From Eledone cirrhosa (taxonomy: Eukaryota): DNA of 64,000 nt. This document shows positions 27,479 to 36,015 of the stretch, piece after piece. The DNA lies in NCBI GenBank assembly GCA_964016885.1, contig CAXHJY010000818.1, positions 62,001 through 126,000 of the forward strand, written 5' to 3'. The translations under genes and the position numbers were made by a program. The notes beneath the pieces were generated by a model, which was given only the letters and a program-made list of their open reading frames with translations, had not been told where the DNA came from and made no database searches. Every line of letters starts with the position of its first letter. Positions within the stretch are counted from its first letter, which is position 1.

Positions 27479-30400
27479 TGGCAGGTATATAGAAATATAT
27501 CTATTTGTATATCTAATGGTTAAGATAATAAATATATATCTATTTGTATATTTAACGAGTAAGGTGGTATATTGGCGGGTACATAGAAATATTTTACCAT
27601 ATATATTTTATATTTTAACAATATTTTACCAAATATATTTTATATTATAACAATATTGTAACATTATTATTGTTTATCGTCTTTACAGAGTTTACCATTG
27701 AAATTCCGGAATGATATTATAACTGGATATTGTGTTCAATATATTGGTGAAAGTTTATCATCCAATGAAACTGATCAATGCCTGGATTCACACAATCTTA
27801 CCGTTAATTCTTTATATAAACATTTTCGATATCTTCCAAAGAACCAAACACTCACATTTTCCATCGTGGCAGTATCAAAAAGTAAGAGAATATCTCAACC
27901 CACATTTATACAGGTGAAAAACACAGGTAATTACACCTTTTAGTTTGTTTAACCCACTCATTACTATACTTGTATTTCTAATGAAAGACACTGTCCACTA
28001 TGTCATTAACCCTTTCATTGCCATATTTCTAATGAAAGACAGTCTATGTCATTAACCCTTTCATTACCCTATTTCTAATGAAACACACTGTCTATGTCAT
28101 TAACCCTTTCATTGCCCTATTTCTAATGAAAGACACTGTTCCCTATGTCATTAACCCTTTCATTACCATATTTCTAATGAAAGACACTGTCCCCTATGTC
28201 ATTAACCCTTTCATTACCATATTTCTAATGAAAGACACTGTCCCCTATGTCATTAACCCTTTCATTACCCTATTTCTAATGAAAGACACCGTCTATGTCA
28301 TTACCCTGTCATTACCCTATTTCTAATGAAAGACACTGTCTATGTCATTACCCTATTTCTAATCAAAGACACTGTCTATGTCATTAACCCTGTCATTACC
28401 TTGATGTAAGAAATATGAAATAAATATGAAACATTGATTTGTTGACTTTTTCAGCTCCAGTGAAACCCAAAGCAGTTTATGTAATGAAAATAGGTGAGAA
28501 AATGTACAATGTGTCGTGGTTAGTTGAACAACCAGAGGAGGTTGTTAGTATAACAGTGCTCTGGTGTCAGGAGGAGATCTTGTCTTCTAAAATGCAATGC
28601 AAAGTAAGTACACTATGTCCACTACCACCTCTATCACAACCACCACCACCACCACCACCATGACCACTACTAACCACCACCACCAAATGGTAATAATGGT
28701 AGAAGCAGTGGAAAAAACACAAGACAGACAGACAACAACAACAACAGTAAATTATATGAAATTCTTCTATTTTTAGGATCATGTCAAATGGGAAACAATT
28801 TCAAATGAAAGTTATGTCTTGGTAAATTCCAGTTTAGAAGAACTGCCAATATTTTCTGCTTCTGTCAACACAAAAGATGGTGAAAGTCCCTTAACACGAG
28901 CTGAATGTATATTCACTCCTGGAAAACGTAATTATTACAATTTCATACAACAACAACAACACACACAACGAAGGCTTCAACCCTTTAGTATTTGCATTAA
29001 TCAGTATCGGTAGAGGATCAGATGCCATGCTTTGCAGCATAGAGTTACGGCTCTTTGCAGTCTGAGTTCAAATCCCGCTGAGGTTAACTTTGTCTTTCAT
29101 CCTTATGGAGTCGATAAGATAAGGCACCAGTAATTCACTGGAATAATTGCTGGTTTTGTGCCAAAAGTAGAAACAATTATTCTCAATATACTATTGTGTT
29201 TTCATGGTTAAGACTTTATCTTACATAATTACCTCACATAATATCAAATTTATGAGATTTTGATATTATTTATTTTGAGAACAATACTTTAACATTGGTA
29301 TGAGTGGCCAGTTATGGCCGATTTGAACAGAAGAGGTGAGAGAATTCTGGCCGGATACAGCCGGTTTGAATGCTAAAGGGTTAAGGTTATTTTTACCCTG
29401 TTAACACTATAATAATTATATTACTCTATATTTACTATTATATTTTCACAGTAAAGGCTTTACCTCACATAACATTTCCATTACTCTATATTTACTATTA
29501 TATTTTCACAGTAATGTCTTTACCTCACATAATATCTCACATAACATTTCCATTACTCTATATTTACTATTATATTTTCACAGTAATGTCTTTACCTCAC
29601 ATAATATCGAATCTATGAGATTTTGATAATATTTATTTTGAGAACAATACCTTAACATCATTAAGAGTGACCAGTTACAGCCAGTTTGAAGAGAAGAGGT
29701 GAGAGAATTCTGACTGGATATGGCTGGTTTAAATGCTAAAGGATTAGTCTTTCCAGTTCCCGTGGCAAGCTTATCCATTGGGCCTTTACCAACCTCTAGC
29801 TTTTGTCTTTCCTATCACGATCCACATTCATTTTTATCACTTCTCTCACTCAGTCACTTTCATCCTTGCTCAACACATGACCCAACCATCTCACTCCATT
29901 TTTCTTCACAATATTCATCACATCACTGGCTTTATTTCTGTCACCAAAGTTAGCTTTGCCATTCATCCTTACGGTGTCGATAAAATAAAGTATCAGTAAT
30001 GCACTGGGATCGATTTAATTGCCCCCCCCCCCCCCCATTGCTGGCCTTGTGCCTAAAGTAGAAACAATTATTATTATTATGAAAAATATATTATTTTAGC
30101 CACAAAACCTCATAAACCTCAGATTATTTGGGCAGAAACAAAGTTTATTTTGAGATGGCCAACCCTGCAATGTTCTGACTGGAATGGTATACCGGTTGCT
30201 TATGTTCTCATGTATGCAAAGGGGAAAACCTGCAAAAATGGTAAGTCTAATTATTTCCTGTCCTCTTTCTATTATTTGTTGGTGGTACTGTTGGTGTTAA
30301 TATTGTTGTTGTTGCTGCTACTGTTGGTGTTGTTTAGACATCTTTCTTTGAACCTACATCTGGAATGGAAAAAAGAAACAAAATAAAAGATATGTTATTC

Positions 30401-33400
30401 CCATCTTTTCCAAAGATTAATGTGTCTAGTGAAATAGTAGATGTCTTATTCTGATATTCCCATCTTCCCCAAAGATATCGGTGTGATGTGAAATAAATAG
30501 AAATGATATAAAGTTGGTTTTTTTTTTCTGTTCTGTTTTAAAATCCTTTTCAGGTATGAAGAAAGAATATCCGGTGACAGGAATCAAGGCTGTTGAAAGC
30601 AACGTTGTCATCAATGGTTTAGTGGCTGACACAGAATATTCTGTGTGTCTACAACTGAAGACAATGGAAGATATTAGCTTAATGAGTGAAACAGTGACAG
30701 AAACAACTAAAGACACTGGTAAATGGAATTATCTAGAATCTCATGAGGTCTTGGGGTTATTGATGGCTAATATATTGGAATGGTGGGGGGGAGGGGAGTC
30801 TTGGGGTATCTGATGGCTGATATATTGGAATGGTGGGGGGGGTCTTGGGGGTATCTGATGGCTGATATATTGGAATGGTGGGGGGGGGGGGAGGAGGTCT
30901 TGGGGTATCTGATGGCTGTAATAGATTTTTAGGAGACACAGAAATGAGTTATGACTTTCAGTTCTTTCACAAGAAATACTAAAAATGTTACATGGAAGGA
31001 CATTTTTACCATTAAAAAATGAAAAATCTATCATAGTCTTCATGAAATCTCATCTCTACTCTACAGTATTTGCCTTACTTGTACGACCCTCTTTAGTTGC
31101 TAATGACCCTGGGTTTGTTCCTCCAATGTTCCCCTCTCAGGCACCAATTTAATGCTATAATAAATATTCTCACTTTTACAGAAAATTCAAGCCTGATGTA
31201 CCTGGGTGTTTTCATTGGTATTTTTCTCTTTCTTTTGCTCATAACTTTCATATTGAATCATGTGAAAAGGTGAGTCTAGCATTTTTATAACACTTTGTTT
31301 TCACACACATATTATCATGATTATATATATAGAGAGTTATATTGTAATTATGCCTTAGATGAAACACTGTGTAAGGAGTAAATTTTGTTTCTAAATGTAT
31401 TGCCTTCTCCTCCATTTATTTTTGCTTAATATATATATATATATATATATATTTAAAAGTTAAACAAGGTTCAAAGAATGAGTTTTACAATAGATTGGAA
31501 GCACTCAACAGTAATGGTTTTCCAGAGTTATTAATATTAATTCAAAATATTAACAAAATAGATATTCGTGTGATCAAGTATATTTTATTATACATATTTC
31601 AGAGGTACTGAGTTAACTTCAACAGTACGTCCTCATCAGATAAAATAAGATGATGCATGACATACCCTGACTTAGTAGATGGTTAAGATTCACTACCATG
31701 ACTGAATCTTAACCATCTACTATGTCAGGGTATGTCATGCATCATCCTATTTTATCTGATGAGGATGTACTGTTAAACTTAACTCAGTACCTCTGAAATG
31801 TGTATAATAAAATATACTTGTTCACACAAATATCTATTTTATTAATATTTTGAATTAATATATATATATATTATGTTTGTACCACAAAACACCCAGTCCA
31901 CACTGTAAATGTGGTTTGTCATTAGGAAAGGCTTCCAGCTGTAGAAACAGTCCTATATGAGCGAGAGACGGTCACTCGACCCAACTTGCCTTTAAATGGG
32001 ACAAACCCGTCTAACCCATGCTAGCGTAGAAGGTAGACATTAAACGATGATGATGTTACACACATATACACACACAGGTATACACATACATATATGCACA
32101 CACAAACACAATTGATTAATGTGAGGTACAAAATAACTGATTAGAGACTGTTTACCTGTCGCCAACACAACCACATTACAGGGTGGACTGGGTGCTATTA
32201 ACTAATTAGAAACTGTTTACCTGTCACCAATACAACCACATTACAGGGTGGACTGGGTGCTATTAACTAATTAGAGACTGTTTACCTGTCGCCAACACAA
32301 CCACATTACAGGGTGGACTGGGTGCTATTAACTAATTAGAGACTGTTTACCTGTCGCCAACACAACCACATTACAGGGTGGACTGGGTGCTATTAACTAA
32401 TTAGAGACTGTTTACCTGTCGCCAACACAACCACATTACAGGGTGGACTGGGTGCTATTAACTAATTAGAGACTGTTTACCTGTCGCCAACACAACCACA
32501 TTACAGGGTGGACTGGGTGCTATTAACTAATTAGAGACTGTTTACCTGTCGCCAACACAACCACATTACAGGGTGGACTGGGTGCTATTAACTAATTAGA
32601 AACTGTTTACCTGTCACCAATACAACCACATTACAGGGTGGACTGGGTGCTATTAACTAATTAGAGACTGTTTACCTGTCGCCAACACAACCACATTACA
32701 GGGTGGACTGGGTGCTATTAACTAATTAGAGACTGTTTACCTGTCGCCAACACAACCACATTACAGGGTGGACTGGGTGCTATTAACTAATTAGAGACTG
32801 TTTACCTGTCGCCAACACAACCACATTACAGGGTGGACTGGGTGCTATTAACTAATTAGAGACTGTTTACCTGTCGCCAACACAACCACATTACAGGGTG
32901 GACTGGGTGCTATTAACTAATTAGAGACTGTTTACCTGTCGCCAACACAACCACATTACAGGGTGGACTGGGTGCTATTAACTAATTAGAAACTGTTTAC
33001 CTGTCACCAATACAACCACATTACAGGGTGGACTGGGTGCTATTAACTAATTAGAGACTGTTTACCTGTCACCAGCACAACCACATTACAGAGTGGACTG
33101 GGTGCTATTAACTAATTAGAGACTGTTTACCTGTCGCCAACACAACCACATTACAGGGTGGACTGGGTGCTATTAACTAATTAGAGACTGTTTACCTGTC
33201 GCCAACACATCTCTTTTAATGTATTTCAGTTGCCACAAGTATTCTAAATCAATTGATATCAAGACTTTGAACACGGTAAGTTATTCTCTTCTCTGCTAGG
33301 ATGGATTAAATCACTTCCAACTAACAATTCTCTTTCTCATATATATATATATACACGTGTATATAAATACAAACATGTATATATATTTATATAACAAAGG

Positions 33401-33698
33401 AATCGTGGTAAGGAACCAGATGGACCATAACGCACCAGAGTACTCAATACTTAGGGTAGTAGAGTGGGAAATAGGAACAAGTATGACCCCGACGGCAGAG
33501 CTCCAGCCGCTTCGACGGCTTGAGCTGGACTCATATTTATATACACATATATACACACACACACATATATATATATACACACACACATATATATAATATA
33601 TGAAATAAAAATATAAATAAAATATATATAATAAAAATAATACACACACACACACATATATATACACACACACAACATATATACACACACATATATAT

Positions 33699-33769
<71 letters not shown>

Positions 33770-35604
33770 TATATATATATATATACACACATGTGTGTAT
33801 ACTAAATCGCACATATACAGACTCACTAGGAGAATGTTTCCTACTCTTTACATGTTCCAAGCCGACTGGTTGAGGCCATACTGGGGCACAGCCATTCCTA
33901 ATTGAAGTTTTATTTTCTCTTTAAGCTAAATCTCTCTATATATCTATCTATCAACAGATATATGAGAAAATTGTCAGTTGGAAGTGTGTAGAGTGTATAT
34001 GTGCGTGTATATATATACACAAAAAAAAAAATACAGTCCAAGCTGTAATGTGGTCATGTAGGTAACACGGTAAAAAGCTCCCAGTCCACACTGTAAATGT
34101 GGTTGGTGTTAGGAAGGGCATCTAACTGTAGAAAACCTGCCAGATAGTCCTATACGAGCGAGTCAGTCACCCGACCAATCTTGCCTCAAATGGGACAACT
34201 CCCGTCTAACCCATGCTAGCGTGGAAGATAGACGTGAAACGATGATGATGAAACAATCTACACACTTCCAACAACAATTCTCTCATATATATGTTGATAG
34301 ATAGATATATAGAGAGATTTAGCTTAAAGAGGAAATAAAACTTCAATTAGGAATGGCTGTGTCCCAGTAACGCCTCAGCCAGTCGGCTTGGAACATGTAG
34401 GAAAATTAAAACGATTGCATGAGATAAATATTAAGTGTTGTTTTCTGATGTCTGTATCATATATTTAATATATTATTTTCTTGTTTATCCCTAACAGGGT
34501 TCCTCTAGTGATGACACAGAATGCAATTATGAAAAAATTAAAAATTATGAAAATCAAAATGTGGATGGTAGTAAAAAATTGCAGTTTTCGTTATCTGAAG
34601 AATCTGGTTATTTTAGTTACAATTCATCTATGACAGAAAAGCTACGTTTTAATGAGTCGAATGGAAGTCACAAAAGCAGACTATCAGGCGAAATTCATTC
34701 AGGGTATATACAAATTGACAACTCGAAGGAAGAATTTCAAAACACTTTGAAAAATACTGTGATTATTAATAATAACAAGCTTCTCCCTTATAAAATAGAG
34801 AAAACTGGATATGTTTCTAATGAACCTGGTTATGTTGACATACCAGGAGAATGTTTCAGAGAAGGTCAAGAGTCAACTACCACATCTGTAGATGACAATT
34901 ATGTTTCTAACGAATCTGGTTATGTTGACAGACGAGGAGAATGTTTCAGAGGTCAAGAGTCAACTACCACATCTGTAGATGACAATTATGTTTCTAACGA
35001 ACCTGGTTATGTTGACAGACGAGGAGAATGTTTCAGAGGTCAAGAGTCAACTACCACATCTGTAGATGACAATTATGTTTCTAACGAACCTGGTTATGTT
35101 GATGGACAAGGAGAATATTTCAGAGAAGCTCCAGAGTCAACTACCACATCTGTAGATGACAATTATGTTTCTAACGAACCTGGTTATGTTGACAGACCAG
35201 GAGAATGTTTCAGAGAAGCTCCAGAGTCAACTACCACATCTGTAGATGACAATTATGTTTCTAACGAACCTGGTTATGTTGACAGACCAGGAGAATGTTT
35301 CAGAGAAGCTCCAGAGTCAACTACCACATCTGTAGATGACAATTATGTTTCTAACGAACCTGGTTATGTTGATGGACAAGGAGAATATTTTACTAAATCT
35401 AATTCATTTCCTACACATAAAAATACAAACAATAAGGAAAGTATTTCAGATTATATAACGTCTGAACCTGTTATGAAAGATAATGTTCTAGAAAAACTTG
35501 ATGAAATTAATAACAAAAACATTAACTCTGATGAAAATAAACTGAAATTAAAGACTATCGGAAAGAAACTAGAAAGTTTAAAGCTGAAACAGATGAAAAT
35601 ATAA
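12546..35604 (+). CDS. Domeless/gp130-like type I cytokine receptor, full gene span (15 coding exons, 944 aa)
   Basis: Exons 12546-12549, 17622-17690, 19450-19546, 22203-22363, 23158-23330, 25032-25182, 27252-27346, 27689-27926, 28455-28603, 28777-28927, 30100-30240, 30554-30718, 31182-31269, 33230-33275, 34498-35604 all have AG/GT boundaries and matching phases and sum to 2835 nt. The product has a signal peptide, FN3 motifs (L.P.T.Y, EWS, N.II.GY, NG....Y), a TM helix and a Tyr-rich tail. Confidence 0.8.
14270..14843. mobile_element. Fold-back element (probable Penelope-like element terminus), ~255-bp arms
   Basis: 14327-14581 is the inverted complement of 14589-14843; unpaired tail 14270-14326; (TA)n flanks; same family at 13425-13600 and 56611-56935. 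Confidence 0.75.
14640..14684 (+). ncRNA. Type I minimal hammerhead ribozyme motif (mirror copy 14486-14530 on -)
   Basis: Stem I agtca/tgact, CUGAAGA, stem II gtcac/gtgac, GAAA, minimal stem III, CUA triplet. Confidence 0.7.
14879..15305. mobile_element. Fold-back element, ~185-bp arms plus 3' tail
   Basis: 14879-15062 inverted with 15078-15262; related single-arm copy at about 51940-52120. Confidence 0.75.
15815..16060. repeat. 36-bp tandem repeat (about 6 copies)
   Basis: tatatatagtgtatatattgttactctggttgttta. Confidence 0.9.
16250..16375 (-). mobile_element. Third SINE-like family fragment; related copy at about 46790-46900 (+)
   Basis: gatggactggcgtcctgt...gaaaccggg shared between the two copies. 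Confidence 0.6.
16975..17205. mobile_element. Fold-back element with a hammerhead in each arm plus 3' tail
   Basis: 16975-17043 inverted with 17067-17135. Confidence 0.75.
17067..17116 (+). ncRNA. Type I minimal hammerhead ribozyme motif (mirror copy 16994-17043 on -)
   Basis: Stem I acagg/cctgt, core CUGAACGA (one extra nt; CUGAAUGA in the mirror), stem II gttggg/cccaac, GAAA, short stem III c(ttga)g, GUA cleavage triplet. Confidence 0.7.
17622..17690 (+). CDS. Cytokine receptor exon 2: signal peptide (RVLKIFYILILGYLVLLQQTDAT)
   Basis: Strong pyrimidine tract and cag acceptor, gtatgt donor, hydrophobic core with small residues at the cleavage region; phase 1-1. Confidence 0.75.
17737..17930 (+). 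mobile_element. tRNA-derived SINE family A (representative). Other copies: 10139-10325+, 16712-16900-, 18025-18135+, 18151-18340+, 25217-25435+, 26100-26243-, 29004-29180+, 29950-30070+, 37972-38075+, 38400-38500-, 39420-39510-, 39517-39705-, 45330-45510+, 45937-46125+, 46387-46575+
   Basis: A-box-like tggcagtatcgg, B-box gagttcaaatcc, core gcctttcatccttacggggtcgataaaataaagtaccag, (ATT)n tail. Confidence 0.9.
18469..19420. repeat. (ACT/ACC/ACA)n trinucleotide repeat in receptor intron 2
   Basis: Direct inspection. Confidence 0.95.
19450..19546 (+). CDS. Cytokine receptor exon 3 (ESSRYTIYRNVLEYIVVSFNSSFQPNNYWKVEC)
   Basis: ttcattgcag acceptor, gtaact donor, phase 1-2 bridges exons 2 and 4 exactly. 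Confidence 0.65.
19580..20350. repeat. ~49-bp minisatellite; detached copy at 15700-15820
   Basis: ggttaacactacatggttgtgtggttaaggccacatggtattgcgatcatgt. Confidence 0.9.
20647..20967. mobile_element. piggyBac-like MITE with internal 60-bp tandem repeats
   Basis: Ends CCCTTTA...TAAAGGG followed by TTAA; same internal sequence at 29220-29380 and 29420-29745. Confidence 0.65.
21275..21575 (+). mobile_element. RTE 3' fragment
   Basis: Reverse complement of the 7600-7950 region; gatgat tail. Confidence 0.8.
21660..22060. mobile_element. Fold-back element plus tail (fragments also at 16185-16230, 25725-25890)
   Basis: Arms centred on tagactcaagtcta at about 21828; right arm has an internal deletion. 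Confidence 0.7.
22203..22363 (+). CDS. Cytokine receptor exon 4 (YCSLYNKTWSPCKN...CFKKLDIP), Cys-containing first module
   Basis: ttttcag/gtaagt boundaries, phase 2-1. Confidence 0.75.
22778..23048 (+). mobile_element. RTE 3' fragment (another subfamily)
   Basis: RLRWYG.MMR..GRPRKTW remnant, (GAT)n tail. Confidence 0.8.
23158..23330 (+). CDS. Cytokine receptor exon 5 (ISLPPLENIKF...YRIRYWPEW), FN3 N-half
   Basis: ttttcag/gtaagt, FN3 PP.N and Y.IRY motifs, phase 1-0. Confidence 0.8.
25032..25182 (+). CDS. Cytokine receptor exon 6 (LKDLMPFTNYTF...IPEWSPS), FN3 C-half with degenerate WSxWS
   Basis: L.P.T.Y tyrosine-corner motif then EWS; phase 0-1. Confidence 0.85.
26260..26690. repeat. (TA)n-AAGAC compound repeat (continues at 27035-27180)
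   Basis: Direct inspection. Confidence 0.9.
26694..27033 (+). mobile_element. tRNA-derived SINE family B head fused to an RTE 3' tail; head also at 1-120 (-) and about 51200-51325 (-); 3' part at 56980-57250 (-)
   Basis: tggcttagtggttagagc A-box, gagttcaattc B-box, ccttgagcaagacacttta core, then RTE 3'UTR and (GAT)n. Confidence 0.85.
27252..27346 (+). CDS. Cytokine receptor exon 7 (AAPYPVQ...RCITVFWQ)
   Basis: ttgccag/gtatga, phase 1-0, FN3 start with R..TV.W. Confidence 0.8.
27689..27926 (+). CDS. Cytokine receptor exon 8 (SLPLKFRNDIITGYCVQY...)
   Basis: ctttacag/gtaatt, N.II.GY motif typical of gp130/Dome membrane-proximal FN3; phase 0-1. Confidence 0.8.
27960..28400. repeat. ~51-bp tandem repeat containing a piggyBac-like end (ttaaccctttcattacc)
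   Basis: attaaccctttcattaccatatttctaatgaaagacactgtcccctatgtc units. Confidence 0.85.
28455..28603 (+). CDS. Cytokine receptor exon 9 (APVKPK...YNVSW...TVLWC...QCK)
   Basis: tttcag/gtaagt, VSW and T..WC motifs; phase 1-0. Confidence 0.85.
28777..28927 (+). CDS. Cytokine receptor exon 10 (DHVKWETIS...AECIFTPGK)
   Basis: ttttag/gtaatt; phase 0-1. Confidence 0.8.
28981..29380. mobile_element. piggyBac-like MITE interrupted by a SINE A copy
   Basis: CCCTTTAGTATT...AATGCTAAAGGG TTAA terminal inverted repeats; SINE at 29004-29180 inside. Confidence 0.65.
30100..30240 (+). CDS. Cytokine receptor exon 11 (..LRWPTLQCSDWNGIPVAYVLMY..)
   Basis: ttttag/gtaagt; W....C...NG....Y motif; phase 1-1. Confidence 0.85.
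30554..30718 (+). CDS. Cytokine receptor exon 12 (..INGLVADTEYSVCL..)
   Basis: tttcag/gtaaat; GL...T.Y FN3 motif; phase 1-1. Confidence 0.85.
30735..30920. repeat. ~50-bp G-rich tandem repeat
   Basis: gtcttgggg(g)tatctgatggctgatatattggaatggtggggg x3-4. Confidence 0.85.
31182..31269 (+). CDS. Cytokine receptor exon 13: transmembrane helix (LMYLGVFIGIFLFLLLITFIL)
   Basis: tttacag/gtgagt; 21-residue hydrophobic stretch followed by NHVK; phase 1-2. Confidence 0.85.
31460..31862. mobile_element. Fold-back element, ~160-bp arms
   Basis: 31533-31692 inverted with 31703-31862; (TA)n flanks. Confidence 0.7.
31880..32055 (+). mobile_element. RTE 3'UTR fragment (others at 34030-34250 and 38770-38957)
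   Basis: cccagtccacactgtaaatgtggttg...catgctagc...gatgat. Confidence 0.75.
32136..33209. repeat. 65-bp minisatellite, ~16.5 copies
   Basis: actaattaga recurs at 32201, 32266, 32331, 32396... Confidence 0.95.
33230..33275 (+). CDS. Cytokine receptor exon 14: juxtamembrane (SCHKYSKSIDIKTLNT)
   Basis: atttcag/gtaagt; phase 2-0 links the TM exon to the final exon. Confidence 0.75.
33848..34400. mobile_element. Fold-back element with an RTE 3' fragment between its arms
   Basis: 33848-33992 inverted with 34257-34399; RTE piece at 34030-34250. Confidence 0.7.
34498..35604 (+). CDS. Cytokine receptor exon 15: cytoplasmic tail with tandem Tyr repeats
   Basis: ctaacag acceptor in frame with ORF 34561..35604; 87/90-bp in-frame repeats. 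Confidence 0.8.
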   Translation, partial: GSSSDDTECNYEKIKNYENQNVDGSKKLQFSLSEESGYFSYNSSMTEKLRFNESNGSHKSRLSGEIHSGYIQIDNSKEEFQNTLKNTVIINNNKLLPYKIEKTGYVSNEPGYVDIPGECFREGQESTTTSVDDNYVSNESGYVDRRGECFRGQESTTTSVDDNYVSNEPGYVDRRGECFRGQESTTTSVDDNYVSNEPGYVDGQGEYFREAPESTTTSVDDNYVSNEPGYVDRPGECFREAPESTTTSVDDNYVSNEPGYVDRPGECFREAPESTTTSVDDNYVSNEPGYVDGQGEYFTKSNSFPTHKNTNNKESISDYITSEPVMKDNVLEKLDEINNKNINSDENKLKLKTIGKKLESLKLKQMKI

Positions 35605-35850
35605 AACAAAATGATTTCTGTGTTAGTTATATTTGATATGGAATCTTCAGCAGATGAGATTAATGAAAAAAATATTGAAGAAAACAGACAAGAAATAACT
35701 CCAATTCACTTTGGTTTTTGAGATCTCATAAACAATAATTTCTATAAAATATTCAATTATTTTCTGTTTGCAAAGAATCCAAGATAATTTGAAAAATCAA
35801 AACAAAACAAAGTTTCCAAACTGGAAATGGATATATTACAAATATCAAAA

Positions 35851-35881
<31 letters not shown>

Positions 35882-35964
35882 CGTTATTCCGGGTTGAATC
35901 GGAGGTAACCACAGTAAGTAAGGTACTCAATACATTGCAGAGTATAAAAGTTTTAATATAGATG

Positions 35965-36015
35965 AGATTCTACAGGACTAGAACTGTTTCATTCTTTAGA
36001 AATCATCAGGAATCT
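35965..36015 (-). ncRNA. Hammerhead-like core in a repeat family also at 21105-21150 (+) and 12290-12330 (-)
   Basis: CTGATGA tttc-taaa-gaat GAAA cagttc; stem I is weak. Confidence 0.45.

Noticed and set aside
31215-31240. Suspected frameshift in the TM exon T-run
   Set aside because: The exon is 88 nt (phase 1 to 2) and reads through correctly.
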